Below are positions 58,514-64,000 of a DNA stretch of 64,000 bases, piece by piece (positions within the stretch are counted from its first letter, which is position 1; every line of letters begins with the position of its first letter). The position numbers and the translations under genes are program-made. The notes beneath the pieces were generated by a model. The model did no database searches. It was not told where the DNA came from and saw only the letters and a list, made by a program, of their open reading frames with translations. The DNA comes from Bacilli bacterium (GTDB lineage: Bacteria > Bacillota_I > Bacilli_A > RFN20 > DUOF01), in NCBI GenBank assembly GCA_045118975.1, contig JBGVCT010000016.1, positions 28,199 through 92,198 of the forward strand, read 5' to 3'.

Positions 58514-59404
58514 ATGGATATCGATTTAGATTTATATAAAATATTTTATACAGTAGCTAAACACAAACATATGACTAAAGCAAGTGAGGAGTTATATATT
58601 TCTCAACCAGCCATATCTCAAAGTATAAAAAAACTAGAGGAACAATTAGGAGGAACTTTATTCATCCGTAGTAATAAGGGAATGGAATTAACTGCAGAGG
58701 GTAAGATGTTTTATGAGCATATAAAAGGAGCAATGGAACTTATATCTAATGCTGAAAATGAATTTTCTTCATTTAAAGGATTAGAAAAAGGGGAAATAAA
58801 AATAGGATGTTCATCTACACTAACTAAACTTGTTCTTTTAGATTCAATTAAAGAGTTTCATAAGAAGTACCCTGGAGTAAATATAACTATCGTTAATGAT
58901 TTAACTAGTGATTTAATTAATAGTCTAAAACTTGGTAAACTTGATATTGTTATTTTTAATGAAAGTAATATAAAAGAGAGTAATTTATCATTAGTTAAGC
59001 TGAAGGAGTTAAAACAAGGTTTTATATATAACAAAGAGTATTTCAAGGATGATATAAAGTCGTTATCTGATTTGAATAATTATCCTTTGATACTTCAAAA
59101 AGAGGAATCTAATTCTAGAAAGTTATTAGATTATGTGGCTGGTAAAAATGACGTTAAACTAATTCCATCAATGGAAGTTGTGAGCCAAGACTTAATTGTG
59201 GAGTTTACTAATATAGGTTTAGGGATTGGTTTTTCTATTATTGACTTAGCAAAGAAGAATCATCCACACTTAGAAGAATTAAAAATAAATAATCAAATTC
59301 CTAATTTAAATGTTTACCTAGCAAGCAATAAGAATATATCACTTACCTTTGCTAGTAAAATGTTTATAAACTATTTAAATAAAACAATTGATGTGGTTAA
59401 ATGA
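58514..59404 (+). CDS. LysR-family transcriptional regulator
   Basis: N-terminal HTH ASEELYISQPAISQSIKKLEEQLG followed by a substrate-binding domain. Confidence 0.8.
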   Translation: MDIDLDLYKIFYTVAKHKHMTKASEELYISQPAISQSIKKLEEQLGGTLFIRSNKGMELTAEGKMFYEHIKGAMELISNAENEFSSFKGLEKGEIKIGCSSTLTKLVLLDSIKEFHKKYPGVNITIVNDLTSDLINSLKLGKLDIVIFNESNIKESNLSLVKLKELKQGFIYNKEYFKDDIKSLSDLNNYPLILQKEESNSRKLLDYVAGKNDVKLIPSMEVVSQDLIVEFTNIGLGIGFSIIDLAKKNHPHLEELKINNQIPNLNVYLASNKNISLTFASKMFINYLNKTIDVVK

Positions 59405-59419
59405 ATTTAGGTGATTTAA

Positions 59420-59875
59420 ATGAAATATTGTAGTAAATGTGGACATGAATTATTGGATGAAGCAATAGTATGTGTTCATTGTGGGTGTATGATAAGAAAT
59501 AATATAGGTAAAGAAAAGCAAACTATTGATGATCCTAGAAAAAGTTTAGCTATATTAAGCTTTATATATTGGATTATGCTAGTTATCATATTTATTTTAT
59601 TAGGTGCTTCTCTTGCTAATGGAACGGGTAAATTTTTTTGTAGCGATTATGCCCCATATGGTAATGTGTATTGTACTGGCGATGTGCCTTTTATTGCAAA
59701 TGAAGATACTTCGATTGCAGCAATGGTGTTTGCTTCTTTTTCTTTCGTGATGGCTATCGCAAATGTTGTTTGTGCTTGTGCGGGGCGTTATGCATTTAAA
59801 GAAAAACTATTTAGTGTGCTTAAAATTATAATTTCAATTGGTGTTATAATTTTGGTTGGAATCATGATTGGATAA
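59420..59875 (+). CDS. zinc-ribbon membrane protein
   Basis: CSKCGH...CVHCGC plus TM helices. Confidence 0.4.
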   Translation: MKYCSKCGHELLDEAIVCVHCGCMIRNNIGKEKQTIDDPRKSLAILSFIYWIMLVIIFILLGASLANGTGKFFCSDYAPYGNVYCTGDVPFIANEDTSIAAMVFASFSFVMAIANVVCACAGRYAFKEKLFSVLKIIISIGVIILVGIMIG

Positions 59876-59958
59876 AATAAGTCCCAATATATTGGGGCTT
59901 TTTTATAATAATACTAGAAGGTCAATAAAGATTAATATATAATGTTTTTTAGCGAGGG

Positions 59959-60492
59959 ATGTTTATGGCGACTGTATTTGGAGTAAGAGATATAAAAATG
60001 AAAGATGCAGCTTTTTGTATCGATATGTATAATTCTATTATTAATGATCAAAAGGATTTAGCTATTTTAGCTACATTAGCTTATGAGAAGTTACAAAAGG
60101 ATAATCCTGGTAAGTTTAATGGTAAAGATTTTTTACTTAAAGACTATGTAGAGAATATTAGAAAATTAGATGCTGAATTTAAAAAGTTTGTGGAGTTTGT
60201 AGAAAAGTATGAAAGCAAAAGATTTAGGATTAGAAGTAGTCGTAAAGTGGAAGATATACAAAGAGAAGTAGAAAACAAGATAACTGGGGATGCAATAAGC
60301 GAGGTAGAGGCATTAAAAAAATTGATGACAGAGACATTTACTAAAAATAAGATTAATTTTAGAAAACTAGCTCAAGCTTGCCAAGATCCTAACTATAAGA
60401 ATTTTGAAAGAGCAATTTTAAAGAATACTGAAATATTAACTACTTGGACAAAAAATAATGTAATAGCTAAGGCTAATAATGTAAAAGTTTGA
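59959..60492 (+). CDS. hypothetical protein (177 aa)
   Basis: No motif. Confidence 0.4.
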   Translation: MFMATVFGVRDIKMKDAAFCIDMYNSIINDQKDLAILATLAYEKLQKDNPGKFNGKDFLLKDYVENIRKLDAEFKKFVEFVEKYESKRFRIRSSRKVEDIQREVENKITGDAISEVEALKKLMTETFTKNKINFRKLAQACQDPNYKNFERAILKNTEILTTWTKNNVIAKANNVKV

Positions 60493-60539
60493 TTTATTAT
60501 CAAACTTTTTTGTTTATATAAATAAGAGTGATAGAATGA

Positions 60540-60992
60540 GTGTGTAAGGTGGTGAGTGATGTGAAGAGTATAACTATTGGTGAAAAATTTGATTCTAAAT
60601 ATGATTTTAGAGAAACGTGCTTTGGAATTGTAATTGTAGATAATAAACTTATGGTCGTAAAAAAAGGAGATCAATATTCTCTTGTCGGGGGAGGAATAGA
60701 ACCTGGAGAAAATTATTTAGAGTGCTTGAAAAGAGAATTCAAGGAAGAATCAGGTTACAGTGTTACTAGTGTAAAAGAACTTGTTTGTATTGATTGTTAT
60801 TGGCTTGCTGCAGGTAAGTATCCACTTTTATCTAGGGCTAATATATTCATAGTTAATATAGATGAAAATAATGGTGTTGATCCTAGTGAAGAGGGATGTG
60901 AAGTATCTTTTATTGAGATAAGTGAAGCAATTTCCTTATTACCTCTTCCATATCACAAAAAAGCTATTGAGTATTATTTAGAGGTGATGTAA
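60540..60992 (+). CDS. NUDIX hydrolase
   Basis: Nudix box GGGIEPGENYLECLKREFKEESG. Confidence 0.75.
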   Translation: MCKVVSDVKSITIGEKFDSKYDFRETCFGIVIVDNKLMVVKKGDQYSLVGGGIEPGENYLECLKREFKEESGYSVTSVKELVCIDCYWLAAGKYPLLSRANIFIVNIDENNGVDPSEEGCEVSFIEISEAISLLPLPYHKKAIEYYLEVM

Positions 60993-61459
60993 TGAGTATT
61001 TATATTTCATTAAATGGAAAAAAGAAATTAATAGATAGACTAGATATAATAGAGAAAGAAATAACTGAAACTTACCGATTAATGGGTGAGTCTACTAAGG
61101 TGGATAATGATTTAAGAGAGAATCCCGAGTATTTAGAGTTACAAACTAAAATATCATATAAATTGCCACTTGAAAGAAGCAAGGTGAAAGAAATTTTAAA
61201 TAATTCTTTAGTTATTGAAGAACAAGAATTTTATAAATCATTTAGTGGAGAAGTAGTTATTATAGGAAGTAAAGTAACGCTTATATATGATAGTGTTGAA
61301 GAAATTTATTATATTGTGGGTGAGGGAGAAGAAGATCCATTTAATAATATTATTTCCTATAAGTGTGATTTTGCTTCTAACTTAATTGGTAAGAGAATAA
61401 ATGAAGAATTTAAATATAAAAATGCTAATATTAAAATAGTTAAAATAGAGTTATGTTAA
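60992..61459 (+). CDS. hypothetical protein (155 aa)
   Basis: Overlaps the nudix stop. Confidence 0.4.
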   Translation: MSIYISLNGKKKLIDRLDIIEKEITETYRLMGESTKVDNDLRENPEYLELQTKISYKLPLERSKVKEILNNSLVIEEQEFYKSFSGEVVIIGSKVTLIYDSVEEIYYIVGEGEEDPFNNIISYKCDFASNLIGKRINEEFKYKNANIKIVKIELC

Positions 61460-61463
61460 AGGA

Positions 61464-62387
61464 GTGATTAATGTGAATTATAAAGAATTTGCTAGTATAC
61501 CTGGATATGATACTTGGATTAGTATTGAAAAGATTAATAAAGGATTTTCAGGAGAAGATAAATATTTGATTGTAGATACAAGTAATAATAAATATTTATT
61601 AAGGGTTGCTCCGATTGCCTCTTATGAAGAGAGAAAAGCTCAATATGATTTATTAGAAAAAATTGCTAAACTTAATATTAATGCTTCTAAACCTATATGT
61701 TTTGGTAAACTAAATGAAGAGAAAATATATACTGTATTAACTTATCTAGAGGGTGAAGATGCAGGAGTAGTTATTAAGGATATGTCTGATATGGAAGCAT
61801 ATAAGCTAGGAAAAGAAGCTGGAGTTATTCTTGCTAAATTACATACTTTAGATGTTGATGTAACTGGCAAGGAAAAGTGGATTGATAAGTTTAAATCTAA
61901 AATGGCTAGAAAATATAAGGCACTTAATGAATCTGGAGCTAAGATTGAAAATATAGAGCTTGTGATAGATTATGTAGAGAATAATTATCACTTATTAGAA
62001 AATAGACCTCTTACCTTTACTCATGGCGATTATCATGTGAATAATATGATTGCTTATAATGGTAAGATCGGGGTAATCGATTTTGAAAAAAATAAAATAG
62101 CAGATCCATATGATGATTTAAAACCATTTATTTGGAATGTGTTTGTTAGTGAATATTTTCAAACAGGGTTAATTAATGGATATTTTAGTGATAGTGTTCC
62201 TAGCGATTTCTTTCCTATTTTAAAGATGTATGCTGCAGAAAACTTTATTTCGTTTTTGCCATGGGCTTTAAAGATTGGAGGAGAAACACTTACTAATGCT
62301 TATAAGATTAATACCTCTACTATGGAGTGGTATGATAACTTTAAGTTAACTATTCCAACCTGGTATAAAGGCGTTATAAAGGAGTAA
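61464..62387 (+). CDS. aminoglycoside/choline-kinase-like phosphotransferase (APH family)
   Basis: Brenner motif HGDYHVNNMI and IDFE. Confidence 0.65.
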   Translation: MINVNYKEFASIPGYDTWISIEKINKGFSGEDKYLIVDTSNNKYLLRVAPIASYEERKAQYDLLEKIAKLNINASKPICFGKLNEEKIYTVLTYLEGEDAGVVIKDMSDMEAYKLGKEAGVILAKLHTLDVDVTGKEKWIDKFKSKMARKYKALNESGAKIENIELVIDYVENNYHLLENRPLTFTHGDYHVNNMIAYNGKIGVIDFEKNKIADPYDDLKPFIWNVFVSEYFQTGLINGYFSDSVPSDFFPILKMYAAENFISFLPWALKIGGETLTNAYKINTSTMEWYDNFKLTIPTWYKGVIKE

Positions 62388-62393
62388 GTAATT

Positions 62394-62912
62394 ATGGAGG
62401 AATTAGAATTAATCTTTCCTGATGAAAATTATCAAAGTGAAGTTGAATTGTTTAAACAAGTGCTTATAGATAATGGTTCTAGAATGGATGGGTGTGGATC
62501 TCTTAGAGTAGATGATTTTGCTACTTGGTTAAGTAAAAGTAGGGATTATAAAGAGGGTAAAAATATGCCTCCATTTATGAAACCATATATTCAATATATT
62601 TGTGTTAGAAAAGCTGATAATAAAGTGGTTGGAATGTTTCAAATAAGATATAAGGAAATTAGTCAAGTATTTGGAAACATTGGATATTGTGTTGCCTTTG
62701 ATGAAAGAAGAAAAGGTTATGGAAAAAAGATGTTAGCTTTAGGAATAATAAAGTGTAAAGAGTTAGGATTAGATAAGGTAATGGTTAATTGCCTAGTTGA
62801 TAATGTGGCATCTAGAAAGTGTATACTTGCTAATAATGGTGTCTTTCTTGATAAAATGTATGTTGAAGAAAAAAATTATGATATAGAAAGATATATAATA
62901 AATATAGACTAG
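62394..62912 (+). CDS. GNAT-family N-acetyltransferase
   Basis: Acetyl-CoA motif RRKGYGKKML. Confidence 0.6.
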   Translation: MEELELIFPDENYQSEVELFKQVLIDNGSRMDGCGSLRVDDFATWLSKSRDYKEGKNMPPFMKPYIQYICVRKADNKVVGMFQIRYKEISQVFGNIGYCVAFDERRKGYGKKMLALGIIKCKELGLDKVMVNCLVDNVASRKCILANNGVFLDKMYVEEKNYDIERYIINID

Positions 62913-62922
62913 GAGGGAAATA

Positions 62923-63453
62923 ATGTCATATATAATTTCACAAGTTTTTGTAATTATAAGTTATGCTCTTCTTGCTTTAACTTATTTGGCTAAAGATAGA
63001 AAAAAGATTTTGACAATGAGTTTTTTAGCTGTTTTAGCTAATGCAATTGCTTTTATTTTACTAGGTGCTTGGAGTGGCTTTGTTATGTCACTTGTGGCAA
63101 TGGGTAGAAATATTGTTTTCTTAATTAGAGGAAATGATAAAAAGATAAACTATGTAGACTATATTATATTGGGAATACTATATTTAATTATTGCTGTATC
63201 TTCTTATTTTACATATGTAGGACTATTTAGCTTATTCTCCGTGTTTGGAACAATGATATATACTTATTCAGCATGGCAAAAGAATCCAAAAGTGTATAAA
63301 CTTTTAGGTATTCCATCTAGTGTTTGTTGGATAATCTATAACATTTATGTGTCTTCAGTATTTGGGGCAATTTTAGAGAGTATTTTATTAATCTTTGAGG
63401 TAGTTGGAACAATAAAGGCATTAAAAGAGAAACCAAAATTACAAGAAAAATAA
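62923..63453 (+). CDS. hypothetical membrane protein
   Basis: Five to six TM helices. Confidence 0.4.
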   Translation: MSYIISQVFVIISYALLALTYLAKDRKKILTMSFLAVLANAIAFILLGAWSGFVMSLVAMGRNIVFLIRGNDKKINYVDYIILGILYLIIAVSSYFTYVGLFSLFSVFGTMIYTYSAWQKNPKVYKLLGIPSSVCWIIYNIYVSSVFGAILESILLIFEVVGTIKALKEKPKLQEK

Positions 63454-63498
63454 AAAAATTAATACTATGTATTAGGGTGGACAAACATTAAAAAGTGT

Positions 63499-63816
63499 TT
63501 GACACCCTTTTTTTACCATGTTAAAGTAAAAGTGCGTAGATGAGGACAAGTACCTTAATAAACTTGTACTAGTGAGTCAGGTATAGTGGAAACTGATTAC
63601 AAGAGTTTTGGGAAAGAACACCTCGGAGCTAACTAAGGAAAAGAGAAATCTTAGTAGACTAGTTCGGAAGCAAACCGTTATCACATTGCTATGCTTGATA
63701 GAGCAAAAAGGGATTACTAAAGAAAGAAAAACACATAGATGTTTAGTAATAATTAAGGTGGCACCGCGGATACCCGTATTCGTCCTTATTGTAGGGATGA
63801 TTACGGGTATTTTTAT
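63499..63816 (+). promoter_or_regulatory. T-box riboswitch leader (promoter, stem I, T-box sequence, intrinsic terminator)
   Basis: -35 TTGACA at 63499. GCGTAGATGAGG K-turn-like start. Conserved T-box AATTAAGGTGGCACCGCGG at 63751-63769. Terminator ACCCGTA...TACGGGT plus T5 at 63771-63816. Confidence 0.6.
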
Positions 63817-63841
63817 TACTAGAGAAAGCGGGGTATTTAAA

Positions 63842-64000
63842 ATGAAACTAGTAGAATTAAGTAAAGTAGTTGAAATGTATGAAAAGAAGGTGAAGAGCAA
63901 GGACCCATATTTTGGTTATTATTTTCTAGAAGAAAGTCTAGATATAAAACTACAAAGAGTAAGAGCGTTAAAAGAGGCGCTTGGGGATATTAAAATAAGA
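63842..64000 (+). CDS. T-box-regulated gene, 3'-partial (runs off window)
   Basis: ATG at 63842 after GAAAGCGGGG RBS. Translation MKLVELSKVVEMYEKK... open to the window end. Confidence 0.4.
   Translation, partial: MKLVELSKVVEMYEKKVKSKDPYFGYYFLEESLDIKLQRVRALKEALGDIKIR

Overview
This is a 64-kb window from a very AT-rich Firmicutes/Bacillota-type chromosome. The organism is probably a spore-former, because yqfC/yqfD-like and ytfJ/gerW-like genes are present, but I cannot identify it further.

The core backbone shows Bacillus/Clostridium-like synteny on the + strand: ybeY, cdd, era, recO, glyQS, dnaG, sigA, trmK, an endonuclease/exonuclease/phosphatase-family gene, a cshB-like DEAD-box helicase, nfo, rpmG, ackA and an nrnA-like DHH phosphoesterase. 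These are followed by a five-tRNA cluster (Ile, Asn, Glu, Thr, Leu) with its own promoter.

A ~13.3-kb integrative island is inserted at the 3' end of tRNA-Leu. It is bounded by a 17-bp direct repeat (attL 21845-21861, attR 35150-35166). The island encodes a tyrosine integrase, an XRE-type repressor with a divergent small HTH gene, a DUF4373-like replication-associated protein and a complete Sau3AI-like restriction-modification pair (MutH/Sau3AI-fold endonuclease plus C5-cytosine methyltransferase). It also carries a translationally coupled three-gene operon at 25658-32227 that I cannot match to a described defence system. Its products are a membrane-anchored 938-aa protein with four Tudor-like 'KYGYG' repeats, a ParB/DndB(DGQHR)-like 'DGNRR' protein and a PLD(HKD)-SNF2 helicase fusion.

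Immediately beyond attR are further accessory modules:
- a NERD/PD-(D/E)xK-SF1(DUF2075-like) ATPase with a HEPN-motif partner
- a MazF/PemK toxin domain fused to an unknown N-terminal domain
- a SAM-methyltransferase plus adenosine-deaminase-like pair
- an AbrB-like regulator with an ABC exporter

Further on lie an AAA+ ATPase plus three unknown proteins ending in an orphan NrdG-like radical-SAM activase, then split coaC/coaB, a LysR regulator, Nudix, APH-like kinase and GNAT genes, and finally a T-box leader preceding a partial gene at the window end. No CRISPR array and no rRNA were seen.
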